The position numbers and the translations under genes are program-made. From a virus, in the UHGV virus genome UHGV-0192935: a stretch of 35,109 nt of DNA; one strand, given 5' to 3'. Positions 16,949-27,714 of this stretch are shown here, in pieces. Numbering within the stretch: position 1 is the stretch's first letter; every line of letters starts with the position of its first letter. Under the pieces are notes generated by a model. The model did not search any database. It was given only the letters and a program-made list of their open reading frames with translations, and was not told the DNA's origin.

Positions 16949-18034
16949 ATGAAAAAACACGCGATTGGCATTGCCGCACTGAATGCGCTGTCCATTGACG
17001 ATGACGGCTGGTGCCAGCTATTGCCTGCCGGTCATTTCAGTGCCCGTGATGGTCGCCCGTTTGATGTGACAGGTGGTCAGGGGTGGTTCATCGACGGTGA
17101 GATTGCCGGGCGTCTGGTTGAAGGCGTTCGCGCGCTCAACCAGGACGTGCTGATTGATTACGAGCATAACCAGCTACGTAAGGACAAAGGATTACCCCCG
17201 GAACAACTCGTCGCGGCTGGCTGGTTTAACGCCGATGAAATGCAGTGGCGTGAAGGTGAAGGGTTATTTATCCACCCACGCTGGACGGCGGCGGCCCAGC
17301 AGCGCATCGATGACGGCGAATTTGGTTATCTCTCTGCGGTTTTTCCGTATGACACCGCCACCGGTGCGGTGCTGCAAATCCGCCTTGCTGCGCTGACCAA
17401 TGACCCCGGTGCCACCGGCATGAAAAAGCTGACCGCACTGGCGGCAGACCTTCCCGACATCCTTCAACAGGAGAACAAACCCATGAATGAAACGCTGCGC
17501 AAGCTGCTTGCGCGTCTTGGGGTGACTGTCCCCGAAAATGCAGACATCACCGATGAACAGGCCAGCGCGGCCCTGAGTGCGCTTGATGCGCTCGAAACAG
17601 ATGCCGGAAAAGTGGCGTCGTTATCCGCCGAACTGGAAAAGGCACAGAAAGCCGCCGTTGACCTGACGAAATACGTCCCTGTGGAAAGCTACAACGCCCT
17701 GCGTGATGAACTGGCACAGGCGACTGCACAAAGCGCCACAGCCAGCCTGAGCGCCGTTCTGGACAAGGCGGAACAGGAAGGCCGCATTTTCAAAAGCGAA
17801 CGTACCTATCTGGAACAGCTTGGCGGTCAGATTGGCGTGGCGGCACTGTCGGCACAGCTTGAGAAAAAACAGCCCATCGCTGCGTTATCTGCCATGCAGA
17901 CCACCACAGCGAAAATCCCGTCGCAGGAAAAACCGGAGGTGGCGGTGCTGTCTGCTGATGAACAGGCAGCAGTGAAGGCGCTCGGCATTACTGAGGCTGA
18001 GTATCTGAAAATGAAACAGGAACAAGAAAAATGA
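16949..18034 (+). CDS. I: Prohead protease / scaffold fusion protein I (Mu gp32)
   Basis: 361 aa. The C-terminal half is Ala/Glu/Lys/Gln-rich and helical (scaffold-like). Position after G, as in Mu. Confidence 0.85.
   Translation: MKKHAIGIAALNALSIDDDGWCQLLPAGHFSARDGRPFDVTGGQGWFIDGEIAGRLVEGVRALNQDVLIDYEHNQLRKDKGLPPEQLVAAGWFNADEMQWREGEGLFIHPRWTAAAQQRIDDGEFGYLSAVFPYDTATGAVLQIRLAALTNDPGATGMKKLTALAADLPDILQQENKPMNETLRKLLARLGVTVPENADITDEQASAALSALDALETDAGKVASLSAELEKAQKAAVDLTKYVPVESYNALRDELAQATAQSATASLSAVLDKAEQEGRIFKSERTYLEQLGGQIGVAALSAQLEKKQPIAALSAMQTTTAKIPSQEKPEVAVLSADEQAAVKALGITEAEYLKMKQEQEK
17483..18034 (+). CDS. Z: Nested in-frame scaffold protein Z (C-terminal 183 aa of I)
   Basis: Internal ATG at 17483, in frame, preceded by AGGAGAA (17469-17475) with a 7-nt spacer. 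The product is the coiled-coil-like scaffold portion. Confidence 0.55.
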   Translation: MNETLRKLLARLGVTVPENADITDEQASAALSALDALETDAGKVASLSAELEKAQKAAVDLTKYVPVESYNALRDELAQATAQSATASLSAVLDKAEQEGRIFKSERTYLEQLGGQIGVAALSAQLEKKQPIAALSAMQTTTAKIPSQEKPEVAVLSADEQAAVKALGITEAEYLKMKQEQEK

Positions 18035-18948
18035 TTGTCACCCCGGCATCCATTAAAGCCCTGATGACCTCCTGGCGTAAGGATTTTCAGGGCGGTCTTG
18101 AAGACGCCACGTCGCAGTACAACAAAATTGCAATGGTGGTGAACTCTTCCACCCGCAGTAATACCTATGGCTGGCTGGGTAAATTCCCGACCCTGAAAGA
18201 ATGGGTGGGTAAGCGAACCATTCAGCAAATGGAAGCGCATGGCTACTCCATCGCCAATAAAACGTTTGAAGGCACCGTGGGTATTTCCCGTGATGACTTC
18301 GAGGATGACAATCTGGGTATTTATGCGCCGATTTTTCAGGAGATGGGCCGTTCTGCGGCAGTTCAGCCGGATGAGCTGATTTTTAAACTTCTGAAAGATG
18401 GCTTTACCCAGCCCTGCTATGACGGTCAGAACTTCTTCGACAAGGAGCATCCGGTATATCCGAATGTGGATGGCACGGGCAGCGCGGTTAATACCTCCAA
18501 CATCGTTGAGCAGGACAGCTTCAGCGGTCTGCCATTCTATCTGCTGGACTGCTCCCGCGCAGTCAAACCGCTGATTTTCCAGGAGCGCCGCAAACCGGAA
18601 CTGGTCGCACGTACCCGTATCGATGACGACCACGTTTTTATGGATAACGAGTTCCTGTTTGGTGCCAGCGCCCGGCGTGCTGCCGGTTACGGCTTCTGGC
18701 AGATGGCTGTCGCGGTAAAAGGCGATCTGACGCTGGATAACCTCTGGAAGGGCTGGCAACTGATGCGCTCTTTTGAAGGTGATGGCGGTAAGAAACTGGG
18801 CCTGAAGCCGACGCATATCGTTGTACCGGTCGGGCTGGAAAAAGCCGCAGAGCAACTGCTTAACCGTGAACTGTTCGCGGATGGCAATACCACCGTCTCC
18901 AACGAGATGAAGGGCAAGCTGCAACTGGTTGTCGCTGACTACCTGTAA
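18031..18948 (+). CDS. T: Major capsid protein T (Mu gp34)
   Basis: 305 aa. ATGA overlap with the I stop. Followed by a strong terminator-like hairpin. Confidence 0.9.
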   Translation: MIVTPASIKALMTSWRKDFQGGLEDATSQYNKIAMVVNSSTRSNTYGWLGKFPTLKEWVGKRTIQQMEAHGYSIANKTFEGTVGISRDDFEDDNLGIYAPIFQEMGRSAAVQPDELIFKLLKDGFTQPCYDGQNFFDKEHPVYPNVDGTGSAVNTSNIVEQDSFSGLPFYLLDCSRAVKPLIFQERRKPELVARTRIDDDHVFMDNEFLFGASARRAAGYGFWQMAVAVKGDLTLDNLWKGWQLMRSFEGDGGKKLGLKPTHIVVPVGLEKAAEQLLNRELFADGNTTVSNEMKGKLQLVVADYL

Positions 18949-18956
18949 CCGTCATT

Positions 18957-18980
18957 AAAAGGCGGTTCAGACCGCCTTTT
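18957..18980 (+). terminator. Rho-independent terminator or attenuator after the major capsid gene
   Basis: aaaaggcggt-tcag-accgcctttt, a perfect 10-bp stem with flanking A and T runs. Confidence 0.75.
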
Positions 18981-19014
18981 AACCTGATTTAAAGGAAAAG
19001 GAGGAGCATGTGTT

Positions 19015-19425
19015 ATGTCAGGCACTTCGCTTAATTCACAATGGCTGGACACTTCTCGCATCACTTGCACGGCGATTATTAAATGCCTTCGTCCGGTCTA
19101 CCGCCGCGCCGGAATCGCCTTTACACGTGGCGAAAACACCGTGGAAGTCACCGAAGAACAACTGGCGATTATCCGTGCCGACAGCGTGCTGTCTGTTGTA
19201 TCGACAACGGCAGCAGAAACGCTCGCTGAGGCTGGGGGGCTGGACGTTCTGGGTGTGGGCGATCTGAATACCCGTATCCGTGCGACCGTTGCCGGTCTGG
19301 ATAAGGCAAATCCGGAGCACTTTACCGCAGGGGGAGAACCCAAAGTGAAAGCCGTCAGTGCGGCGCTGGGGGAACCGGTGAGCAGTGCGCAAATCAAAGC
19401 GGCGCTGGCTGAGGCGGATGCATGA
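19015..19425 (+). CDS. Mu gp35-like head/neck protein (136 aa)
   Basis: GGAGGAG SD 8 nt upstream of the ATG. Confidence 0.7.
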   Translation: MSGTSLNSQWLDTSRITCTAIIKCLRPVYRRAGIAFTRGENTVEVTEEQLAIIRADSVLSVVSTTAAETLAEAGGLDVLGVGDLNTRIRATVAGLDKANPEHFTAGGEPKVKAVSAALGEPVSSAQIKAALAEADA

Positions 19426-19847
19426 ATTACGCGACGGTAAATGACTTGTGCGCCCGCTATACACGTACGCGGCTGGATATTCTCACCCGCCCTAAAACAG
19501 CGGACGGGCAGCCGGATGATGCCGTGGCAGAACAGGCACTGGCAGATGCTTCGGCCTTTATTGATGGCTATCTCGCCGCGCGCTTTGTTCTACCGCTTAC
19601 CGTCGTCCCCTCACTGCTGAAACGGCAGTGTTGCGTGGTGGCCTGGTTTTATCTGAATGAATCACAACCCACCGAGCAGATCACCGCTGCCTACAGGGAC
19701 ACAGTGCGCTGGCTGGAACAGGTGCGCGATGGCAAAACAGATCCCGGCGTGGAAAGCAGGACGGCAGCCTCGCCGGATGGTGAAAACCTTGTGCAGGTGC
19801 AGTCTGACGCGCCGGTCTTCTCACGAAAACAGAAGGGGTTTATCTGA
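19422..19847 (+). CDS. J: Head-tail connector / head completion protein J (Mu gp36-like)
   Basis: 141 aa. ATGA overlap with the upstream stop. Named by synteny. Confidence 0.7.
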   Translation: MNYATVNDLCARYTRTRLDILTRPKTADGQPDDAVAEQALADASAFIDGYLAARFVLPLTVVPSLLKRQCCVVAWFYLNESQPTEQITAAYRDTVRWLEQVRDGKTDPGVESRTAASPDGENLVQVQSDAPVFSRKQKGFI

Positions 19848-20395
19848 TGCTGGAAGAAACCGAAGCCGCACTGCTGGCGCGCGTTCGTGAGTTGTTTGGG
19901 GCAACCCTGCGGCAGGTGGAACCCATTACCGGCACATGGACTAACGAGGATGTGCACCGTCTCTTTCTGGCCCCGCCATCGGTATTTCTGGCATGGATGG
20001 GCTGTGGTGAGGGGCGTACGCGTCGGGAAGTTGAAAGTCGCTGGGCATTTTTTGTCGTGGCGGAGTTGCTGAACGGGGAACCGGTAAACCGGCCCGGTAT
20101 TTATCAGATTGTGGAGCGACTGATTGCCGGTGTTAACGGTCAGACGTTTGGCCCGACCACCGGGATGAGACTGACGCAGGTCAGAAATCTTTGTGACGAC
20201 AACCGTATCAATGCCGGTGTGGTGCTTTACGGCGTTCTGTTCAGTGGCACTACCCCGCTGCCGTCTGTGGTGGACATGGATTCGCTGGATGATTACGAGC
20301 GTCACTGGCAGACCTGGAAATTCCCGGACGAAACCCCGGAATTTGCCGCACATATCAATGTGAATCAGGAAAAGGATCATGATGCTGAAAATTAA
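19847..20395 (+). CDS. K: Neck / tail terminator protein K (Mu gp37-like)
   Basis: 182 aa. Coupled start. Named by synteny. Confidence 0.7.
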   Translation: MLEETEAALLARVRELFGATLRQVEPITGTWTNEDVHRLFLAPPSVFLAWMGCGEGRTRREVESRWAFFVVAELLNGEPVNRPGIYQIVERLIAGVNGQTFGPTTGMRLTQVRNLCDDNRINAGVVLYGVLFSGTTPLPSVVDMDSLDDYERHWQTWKFPDETPEFAAHINVNQEKDHDAEN

Positions 20396-20585
20396 ACCCG
20401 CAGCGGGAAAAGCCATCCGTGACCCGCTCACGATGAAATTACTGGCTCCGGAGGGAGAAGAAAAGCCCCGTAACAGTTTCTGGATACGTCGCCTTGCAGC
20501 CGGTGATGTGGTTGAAGTCGGGAGCACCGAAAACACGGCGGATGATACCGACGCTGCGCCGAAAAAACGGAGTAAATCGAAATGA
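20379..20585 (+). CDS. Small tail-region protein (Mu gp38-like, 68 aa)
   Basis: Overlaps both neighbours in the packed late operon. Confidence 0.6.
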   Translation: MMLKIKPAAGKAIRDPLTMKLLAPEGEEKPRNSFWIRRLAAGDVVEVGSTENTADDTDAAPKKRSKSK

Positions 20586-22069
20586 GCGATATTTCATTTA
20601 ACGCGATCCCGTCAGATGTTCGCGTTCCTCTGACGTATATCGAATTTGATAACAGTAATGCCGTCAGCGGAACACCGGCCCCCCGTCAGCGCGTGCTGAT
20701 GTTCGGACAAAGCGGAAGTAAAGCCAGTGCGGCACCAGACGTGCCTGTCCGTATCCGTTCCGGCTCACAGGCCAGAGCGGCGTTTGGTCAGGGTTCCATG
20801 CTGGCACTGATGGCAGATGCATTCCTGAACGCTAACCGCGTGGCGGAGCTGTGGTGTATTCCGCAGGGGAACGGCACCGGTAATGCTGCTGTCGGTGAAA
20901 TTTCACTGTCAGGAACGGCAGGCGAAAACGGCTCGCTTGTGACTTACATTGCCGGTCAGCGACTGGCGATATCTGTCGCAGCAGGTGCTACAGGGGCGGC
21001 GCTGGCTGACCTGCTGGTTGCCCGAATCAAAGGCCAGCCTGATTTACCGGTGACGGCAGAAGTTCGCGCAGACAGCGGGGATGATGACACCCATGCAGAT
21101 GTGGTTCTGAGTGCAAAATTTACGGGTGCATTATCTGCCGTGGATGTGCGCTGGAACTATTACGCGGGTGAAACCACCCCTTACGGGATTATCACGGCAT
21201 TCAAAGCCGCCTCCGGGAAAAATGGCAACCCGGATATCAGCGCAAGTATCGCGGGAATGGGAGATCTGCAATACAAATATATTGTGATGCCCTATACCGA
21301 TGAACCGAACCTGAATCTGTTACGCACTGAATTGCAGGAACGCTGGGGACCGGTCAATCAGGCTGATGGCTTTGCCGTGACAGTGCTGTCCGGCACGTAT
21401 GGGGATATTTCCACGTTTGGTGTCAGTCGTAATGACCATCTGATCTCCTGTATGGGGATTGCCGGTGCACCGGAACCGTCATATCTGTACGCCGCCACAC
21501 TGTGTGCTGTTGCCAGCCAGGCGCTTTCCATCGACCCGGCGCGTCCTCTCCAGACGCTGACGTTGCCCGGAAGAATGCCGCCTGCGGTGGGGGATCGTTT
21601 CACCTGGTCAGAACGTAATGCGCTGCTGTTTGACGGCATCTCCACGTTTAACGTGAATGATGGTGGTGAAATGCAGATTGAACGCATGATCACGATGTAC
21701 CGCACAAACAAGTACGGTGACAGTGATCCGTCTTATCTGAACGTGAATACCATCGCCACGCTGAGTTATCTGCGTTATTCACTGCGAACCCGCATCACGC
21801 AGAAATTCCCGAACTACAAGCTGGCAAGTGATGGCACCCGCTTTGCCACCGGTCAGGCCGTGGTGACACCATCCGTGATCAAAACGGAGCTGCTGGCACT
21901 GTTTGAAGAATGGGAAAACGCCGGACTGGTCGAGGATTTCGACACGTTCAAAGAGGAGCTGTATGTGGCACGTAACAAGGACGACAAAGACCGCCTTGAT
22001 GTGCTGTGCGGCCCGAATCTGATTAACCAGTTCCGCATTTTCGCGGCACAAGTTCAGTTCATTCTGTAA
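20582..22069 (+). CDS. L: Contractile tail sheath protein L (Mu gp39)
   Basis: 495 aa. ATGA overlap. Size and position of the Mu sheath gene. Confidence 0.88.
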   Translation: MSDISFNAIPSDVRVPLTYIEFDNSNAVSGTPAPRQRVLMFGQSGSKASAAPDVPVRIRSGSQARAAFGQGSMLALMADAFLNANRVAELWCIPQGNGTGNAAVGEISLSGTAGENGSLVTYIAGQRLAISVAAGATGAALADLLVARIKGQPDLPVTAEVRADSGDDDTHADVVLSAKFTGALSAVDVRWNYYAGETTPYGIITAFKAASGKNGNPDISASIAGMGDLQYKYIVMPYTDEPNLNLLRTELQERWGPVNQADGFAVTVLSGTYGDISTFGVSRNDHLISCMGIAGAPEPSYLYAATLCAVASQALSIDPARPLQTLTLPGRMPPAVGDRFTWSERNALLFDGISTFNVNDGGEMQIERMITMYRTNKYGDSDPSYLNVNTIATLSYLRYSLRTRITQKFPNYKLASDGTRFATGQAVVTPSVIKTELLALFEEWENAGLVEDFDTFKEELYVARNKDDKDRLDVLCGPNLINQFRIFAAQVQFIL

Positions 22070-22078
22070 GGAGCATTT

Positions 22079-22435
22079 ATGGCTGGAAATCAGCGTCAGG
22101 GGGTGGCGTTCATCCGTGTCAATGGCATGGAGCTTGAAACGATGGAAGGCGCCTCCTTCACGCCTTCCGGCATCACCCGTGAAGAAGTGACCGGCTCGCG
22201 GGTTTATGGCTGGAAAGGTAAACCTCGTGCCGCAAAGCTGGAATGCAAAATTCCGGGCGGTGGTGATATCGGTCTGGATGAAATCATCGGTTGGGAAAAC
22301 ATCACGGCAGAGTTTCAGGCAGACACCGGTGAAACCTGGATGATGGCGAATGCCTGGCAGGCAGATGAACCGAAAAACGACGGCGGCGAAATTTCGCTGG
22401 TACTGATGGCAAAACAAAGCAAACGCATTGCATAA
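22079..22435 (+). CDS. M: Tail tube protein M (Mu gp40)
   Basis: 118 aa, immediately after the sheath gene with a GGAG SD. Confidence 0.85.
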   Translation: MAGNQRQGVAFIRVNGMELETMEGASFTPSGITREEVTGSRVYGWKGKPRAAKLECKIPGGGDIGLDEIIGWENITAEFQADTGETWMMANAWQADEPKNDGGEISLVLMAKQSKRIA

Positions 22436-22444
22436 GGGGAAACA

Positions 22445-22879
22445 ATGGACGAAATGAATTTAAGTCCTGAAGCACAGGAACTGCGTGACAGTATTGTAGC
22501 TGAGCTTCAGTCCGGTGGTCTGAAACTGAAAGACGGCCTGCCGTTCGGCACCGGTGACGAGACTGAAATGCAGTATGACGTGACGCTGCGTGAACTGACC
22601 GCAGGCGATCTGATTGATGCCCAGGCGGCTGCAGAAAAGCTGGTAATGAGCAAGGAAGGCCCGGTGCTGGTCAGTTCCCCGTCCCGGATGGGACTGGAAA
22701 TGCTGCGCCGACAGATTGCCAGCGTGGGTTGCATCAAAGGCCCGTTATCGCTGGCGCTGATGCGCAAGCTGTCTGTTGATGACTTCCAGCGTCTGTCGCT
22801 GGCTACAGAGATGCACGACATGGCTGTGGCGGCATCGCTGACGCAAGAACGGGGGCGAGTGGCTGCGGTGCCGGAATGA
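22445..22879 (+). CDS. Tail assembly chaperone-like protein (Mu gp41)
   Basis: 144 aa, between tube and tape measure, the conserved chaperone position. Acidic N-terminus. Confidence 0.7.
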   Translation: MDEMNLSPEAQELRDSIVAELQSGGLKLKDGLPFGTGDETEMQYDVTLRELTAGDLIDAQAAAEKLVMSKEGPVLVSSPSRMGLEMLRRQIASVGCIKGPLSLALMRKLSVDDFQRLSLATEMHDMAVAASLTQERGRVAAVPE

Positions 22880-23023
22880 TATTGAGAAAGCGGCGACAGC
22901 GATTGGCGTTATTCTGAAAAGTGGCCCGGAATGGGCCTTGTCTCTCCCGCTGTCCCGCTTTTTCCGGCACTGCCAGCAGGCTAAAACCCTCTCTCAATAT
23001 CACCGTTAAATCAGGAAATCTCT

Positions 23024-25096
23024 ATGACCGGGAAACGCTTAAAGGCGTCTGTCATTATTGATCTTAATGGCAATCTTTCCCGGCGTTCCCGCCAGTATTC
23101 GAACCAGATAAACGCCCTGTCCCGTAGCGGGCAAAGTTCCCTTCGTGCCCTGCGTATGGAGGTTGTGCGCGTTTCTGGTGCCATTGACAGAATGGGTTCA
23201 CTGTCAACCCGTACATTCCGAATGCTGTCAGCCGGGGCGCTGGGTATCGCTGGCGTGGGTTACACCGCCAATAAACTGTTTATTGGTGCAGCCGCCCAGC
23301 GTGAGCAGCAGATCATCGCCATGAACTCGCTGTATCACGGCGATAAGGCCAGAGCACAGGCCATGATGGCGTGGGCGAAGCAGAACGCAAAAGAAACCAC
23401 CTGGGGGCTGGGCGGCGTTCTGCAGGAAATCCGCACATCAACGGCGTTTGGCATGACTGACGCCCAGGTAAAACAGTTCATCACCATGCTACAGAATCAG
23501 GGCGCGATGCATGGCTGGGATTTACCCACCGCGCAGGGGGCTTCGTTACAGTTCAAGCAGATGTTTGCCCGCCAGCAAATCACGGCGGCGGACGCCAACC
23601 TGCTGACCGGTTACGGTATCAACGTCTACAAGGTGCTGGCAGATGCAACGGGTAAGGATGAGAAAAAAATCCGTAAGCTGGGTGAAAAAGGCAAGCTGGG
23701 CCTGAAATCCATTCTGACGGTATTCCGGACCCTGCTGGAGCAGTCAGAAGGCGCACAGGCGGCTGCCATGAACTCCTGGGACGGGATGATGGCCCAGATG
23801 GAGGGCAACCTGCTTGAGTTTCGCACGAAGGTGGCAAACAGCGGCCCCTTTGAAGAAATCAAGAACGAGATGCGCCGGGTGCTTAACTGGCACGACATGG
23901 CGGATAAATCCGGGGAACTTGACGCACTGGCAGAAAACATTGGTCAGAAATTTCTGACCACGTTCAGAAAGGTAAAAATCGCGGCGCAGGAATTATGGCG
24001 CTGGCTGAAACCGGGTAAAGATGCGCTGGCATGGGTTGACCAGAATATTGTCAGCCTGAAAAAACTGGCTGCTGTTCTGGTGTCTGTCTGGCTTGCCAAT
24101 AAAGCCCTGAGAGCAGGCTGGGCCGTGGCAAAACCCTCATGGCAGGTTGCCAGTTATCCGTTTAAAACCGGGCGTCGTATGTGGCGCTGGATGCGAAACC
24201 GCAAACGTGGGCAGGCAGGTCTGCCGGTCCCGGATGCCATGACGTCTGAGACGCTGTTGCAGGGTATCGGCATTCAGCGTGTGTTTGTCATCAACTGGCC
24301 CCGTGGATTTGGTGGCTACGGGAGTGGCGGCGGTCGTCGCGGACGGAGCGGCGGAAGAATGGCCCCGCTGTTACCCCGCCAGCCGTTATTGCTGTCCGGG
24401 CCACAGCCGCTGGCATTACCTGCACCACGCCCTGTACTGGCATTACCCCCACCCGGCGTACCGGTAACAGCACGGCCTGCACCATTACCTTTACCCGGTA
24501 AATCCGGTCTTCTGAGCAGGCTTGCAGGCAGTGCTGCCGGGCAACTGGTTACGGGAACGGTCGGAAAGCTGGCTGATGCCGGGCGTGCTGTTGGCGGGTG
24601 GTTTTCCGGTATCGGAAACAAACTTGCAGGCAGTGCGATCGGTCGGGTTGTGACAAAAGGTGCCGGGGCGCTGGGCTGGATGGGGAAAGGTGCCAGTCGT
24701 GCGTTGTCACGTCTGGGTGGCCCGGTAATGGGGGCACTCCAGCTTGCCCCCGTCCTGATGGATGAGCAGGCGTCAACCCATGAAAAAGCAGGCGCAATTG
24801 GCAGTACAGCCGGTGCATGGCTCGGCGGTGCCGTTGGCAGCCTTGCCGGACCGCTGGGTACGGTTGCCGGTGCCACGCTGGGCAGTGTCGCCGGGGAGTA
24901 TCTGGGCGGTTTTGTAACCGACCTGTATCAGAAGTGGACGGCCACGGATAAGGAACCGCAGGAGCAAAAAGTGAATGCGGAAGCCTCGCTGCGCGTCGAG
25001 CTTGGCGAAGGATTACGTCTGACCAGTTCCCGCGTCACCGAGGACGGTATGGGGCTGAATATTTACGCGGGCGATAACTACATTACAGGCTGGTAA
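23024..25096 (+). CDS. Y: Tail tape measure protein Y (Mu gp42)
   Basis: 690 aa. Helical N-terminal half, an internal Gly/Arg then Pro-rich low-complexity segment, and a Gly/Ala-rich C-terminal region. Confidence 0.88.
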   Translation: MTGKRLKASVIIDLNGNLSRRSRQYSNQINALSRSGQSSLRALRMEVVRVSGAIDRMGSLSTRTFRMLSAGALGIAGVGYTANKLFIGAAAQREQQIIAMNSLYHGDKARAQAMMAWAKQNAKETTWGLGGVLQEIRTSTAFGMTDAQVKQFITMLQNQGAMHGWDLPTAQGASLQFKQMFARQQITAADANLLTGYGINVYKVLADATGKDEKKIRKLGEKGKLGLKSILTVFRTLLEQSEGAQAAAMNSWDGMMAQMEGNLLEFRTKVANSGPFEEIKNEMRRVLNWHDMADKSGELDALAENIGQKFLTTFRKVKIAAQELWRWLKPGKDALAWVDQNIVSLKKLAAVLVSVWLANKALRAGWAVAKPSWQVASYPFKTGRRMWRWMRNRKRGQAGLPVPDAMTSETLLQGIGIQRVFVINWPRGFGGYGSGGGRRGRSGGRMAPLLPRQPLLLSGPQPLALPAPRPVLALPPPGVPVTARPAPLPLPGKSGLLSRLAGSAAGQLVTGTVGKLADAGRAVGGWFSGIGNKLAGSAIGRVVTKGAGALGWMGKGASRALSRLGGPVMGALQLAPVLMDEQASTHEKAGAIGSTAGAWLGGAVGSLAGPLGTVAGATLGSVAGEYLGGFVTDLYQKWTATDKEPQEQKVNAEASLRVELGEGLRLTSSRVTEDGMGLNIYAGDNYITGW

Positions 25097-25100
25097 AACC

Positions 25101-26588
25101 ATGTTTGAAGATGCTTTAAATGCCGTTAATGCTGTCCGGGATAAAACCGGTGGAGGCAGGAAAACAACCGGCAAAGGCACGTTCCGTAACGTGCCGTTTC
25201 TCGTCATCGAGGAGCAAAAACAGGCTGGCGGACGTCGTCTGGTTAAACGTGAGTACCCGTTACGTGATACCGGCGGTGTCAATGACCTGGGGAAAAAGCT
25301 TCGCTCCCGCACATTCAGCGCCTGCATTCTGAACAGCAACGCAGAAACAGCCAGAGATGAAGCGGGTGCGCTGATGGATGCTCTTGATGCTCCGGGTAGC
25401 GGTGAGCTGGTACATCCTGATTTCGGCACTGTGGCCGTCATGGTGGATTCATGGGAATGCCGCACTAAAGCGGATGAACTGAATTATTACGCGTTCACCG
25501 TTACCGTTTATCCGTCGTTGCAGGATACAGCCCCGGACGCAGAAACCGACACCAGTGCAGCCGTATCTGCGCAGGCCGTTGCTGTAACCGGTTCGCTGGG
25601 GGATACGCTGTCCTCTGTCTGGCAGACCGTAAAAGATGGCACAGCGGCGGCAACAGCCGTAATGGATGCCGTAACCGGTGTCATCGATGATATCTGTGAT
25701 GCGGTGGATAATCTGGGGATCACCCAGACTGTCAGCGGCCTGATGGGGTCACTTTCTGCAATGAAAGGTTCTGTGACCGGCCTGATAAATAAACCAGCTA
25801 TGCTGACATCTTCACTGATGGGGGCGTTATCCGGCGTTTCATCGTTATGCGATACCCGGACAGCATTTTCCACATGGAACCGTCTGGCGCAGCGATTCGA
25901 ACGTCGCCATGCCGCCACCGCAGGCAGACAGGGGACAATCACAACCTCGTACAACAGTCCGGTTGCAGAAAAAAATATTGCCACACTGAACTACGTCATG
26001 CTGGCAGCGGCGCAGACATACCGGGCAGAAGCTGCCAGCCAGGCACTGACTGCGGCACTGGATTTCAGTCGCCGGATGGATAATGCCGCCAGTGCACCTG
26101 TACTGGATGCCCCGTCCACCACAACCGGCACAGCCAGCGGGGCCAGCAGCACATCTGCTACCGTCACACAGGGACAGTTACAGTTAACTGCCATAACCCC
26201 GGACGGCGGCTTTTCACAGGTATCCTTTTCAGACAGTGGTACAGCCACGCCCCCGGTATTTGAAAGTGTGTCCGATATCGGAAAAACAGCCACCATGCTG
26301 GGGGCTGCACTGGATACCGTCATTCTGACGGCATCTGAGCAGGGCTTTTCGAAAGACAGCGTTCAGCTTACGCAACTGCGTCTGCTGGTTGTTGCCGACC
26401 TGGAAAAACGCGGACTGCAACTGGCGGGCAGTGAAACGCACCGCCTGCCGGAGACGATGCCTGCAATGGTGGCCCTGTACCGTTACACAGGAAACAGCCG
26501 GAACTGGCAACGGCTGGCCCGCAGGAACGGTATCAGCAACCCGTTGTTTGTTCCCGGTGGTGTCAGTATTGAGGTGATTAATGAGTAA
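25101..26588 (+). CDS. N: Tail / DNA circularisation protein N (Mu gp43)
   Basis: 495 aa, directly after the tape measure. Ser/Thr/Ala-rich central region. Confidence 0.85.
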   Translation: MFEDALNAVNAVRDKTGGGRKTTGKGTFRNVPFLVIEEQKQAGGRRLVKREYPLRDTGGVNDLGKKLRSRTFSACILNSNAETARDEAGALMDALDAPGSGELVHPDFGTVAVMVDSWECRTKADELNYYAFTVTVYPSLQDTAPDAETDTSAAVSAQAVAVTGSLGDTLSSVWQTVKDGTAAATAVMDAVTGVIDDICDAVDNLGITQTVSGLMGSLSAMKGSVTGLINKPAMLTSSLMGALSGVSSLCDTRTAFSTWNRLAQRFERRHAATAGRQGTITTSYNSPVAEKNIATLNYVMLAAAQTYRAEAASQALTAALDFSRRMDNAASAPVLDAPSTTTGTASGASSTSATVTQGQLQLTAITPDGGFSQVSFSDSGTATPPVFESVSDIGKTATMLGAALDTVILTASEQGFSKDSVQLTQLRLLVVADLEKRGLQLAGSETHRLPETMPAMVALYRYTGNSRNWQRLARRNGISNPLFVPGGVSIEVINE

Positions 26589-27714
26589 TACCGTCACGCT
26601 GCGAACGGATGGCAGGCTTTTTACCGGCTGGACGTCAGTCTCTGTCACCCGCTCGATTGAATCCGTAGCCGGATATTTTGAGCTGGGGGTGAACGTGCCA
26701 CCGGGCACGGATTTATCCGGGCTGGCACCGGGGAAGAAGTTCACGCTGGAAATCGAGGGACAGATTGTCTGCACCGGTTATATCGATTCACGGCGACGCC
26801 AGATGACCGCTGACAGTATGAAAATCACTATCGCCGGACGTGACAAAACGGCTGACCTGATTGACTGTGCTGCCGTTTACAGTGGCGGACAGTGGAAAAA
26901 CCGCTCACTGGAGCAGATTGCGCGTGACCTGTGCACCCCTTATGGCGTTACCGTTCGCTGGGAGCTGTCAGACAAGGAAAGCGCAGCGTCGTTTCCGTCT
27001 TTTACGCTTGACCATTCAGAAACGGTTTACGAAGCGCTGGTGCGGGCCTCCCGCGCACGCGGTGTACTGATGACCAGCAATGCCGCCGGAGAGCTGGTAT
27101 TCAGCCGGGCTGCCAGTACGGTCACTGATGAGCTGATCCTCGGGAAAAATCTGCTGACGGTGGATTTTGACGAAGATTTCCGTGACCGGTTCAGCGAATA
27201 CATTGTCAAGGGTTATGCCCGCGCAAACGGCGCTGACGGAGATGATATTGATGCAGAAAGTATCGTCTCCCGGAAAGGGACCGCCACTGACAGTGATGTG
27301 ACCCGTTACAGACCGATGATCATCATTGCTGACAGCAAAATTACGGCGAAGGATGCACAGGCCCGCGCCCTGCGTGAGCAACGCCGCAGACTGGCAAAAT
27401 CCATCACCTTTGAGGCAGAAATTGACGGATGGACACGCAGGGACGGGCAACTCTGGATGCCGAACCTGCTGGTCACTATTGATGCCTCGAAATATGCCAT
27501 CAAAACCACGGAATTACTGGTCAGCAAAGTCACCCTGATACTGAATGACCAGGACGGGCTGAAAACCCGCGTCAGCCTTGCACCACGCGAAGGCTTTCTG
27601 GTGCCGGTTGAAAGCGACCGCAAATCCAGAGGGGATGGTAATGATGGCGTTGATGCGCTGGTTGAAGATTATTATCGCAGACACCCGGAGAAAACGCCGC
27701 CGTGGAAAGAGTAA
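26581..27714 (+). CDS. P: Baseplate hub protein P (Mu gp44)
   Basis: 377 aa. ATG overlaps the N end. Confidence 0.85.
   Translation: MSNTVTLRTDGRLFTGWTSVSVTRSIESVAGYFELGVNVPPGTDLSGLAPGKKFTLEIEGQIVCTGYIDSRRRQMTADSMKITIAGRDKTADLIDCAAVYSGGQWKNRSLEQIARDLCTPYGVTVRWELSDKESAASFPSFTLDHSETVYEALVRASRARGVLMTSNAAGELVFSRAASTVTDELILGKNLLTVDFDEDFRDRFSEYIVKGYARANGADGDDIDAESIVSRKGTATDSDVTRYRPMIIIADSKITAKDAQARALREQRRRLAKSITFEAEIDGWTRRDGQLWMPNLLVTIDASKYAIKTTELLVSKVTLILNDQDGLKTRVSLAPREGFLVPVESDRKSRGDGNDGVDALVEDYYRRHPEKTPPWKE

Noticed and set aside
17827-18924. 365-aa ORF on the - strand opposite the major capsid gene
   Set aside because: Fully overlaps the capsid gene antisense; no SD; the capsid assignment is strong.
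19691-20536. 281-aa ORF on the - strand opposite the J, K and gp38 genes
   Set aside because: Shadow ORF antisense to a translationally coupled + strand gene run.
24316-24876. Pro/Ala-rich 186-aa - strand ORF and other overlapping ORFs inside the tape measure gene
   Set aside because: They arise from the GC-rich low-complexity repeat segment of the tape measure gene; no independent start signals.
23024-25096. Reading the Gly/Ala-rich C-terminal part of Y as a separate secreted or pore-forming protein
   Set aside because: It is continuous with the tape measure frame, with no internal start or SD, and repeated small-residue motifs are common in tape measure C-terminal regions.
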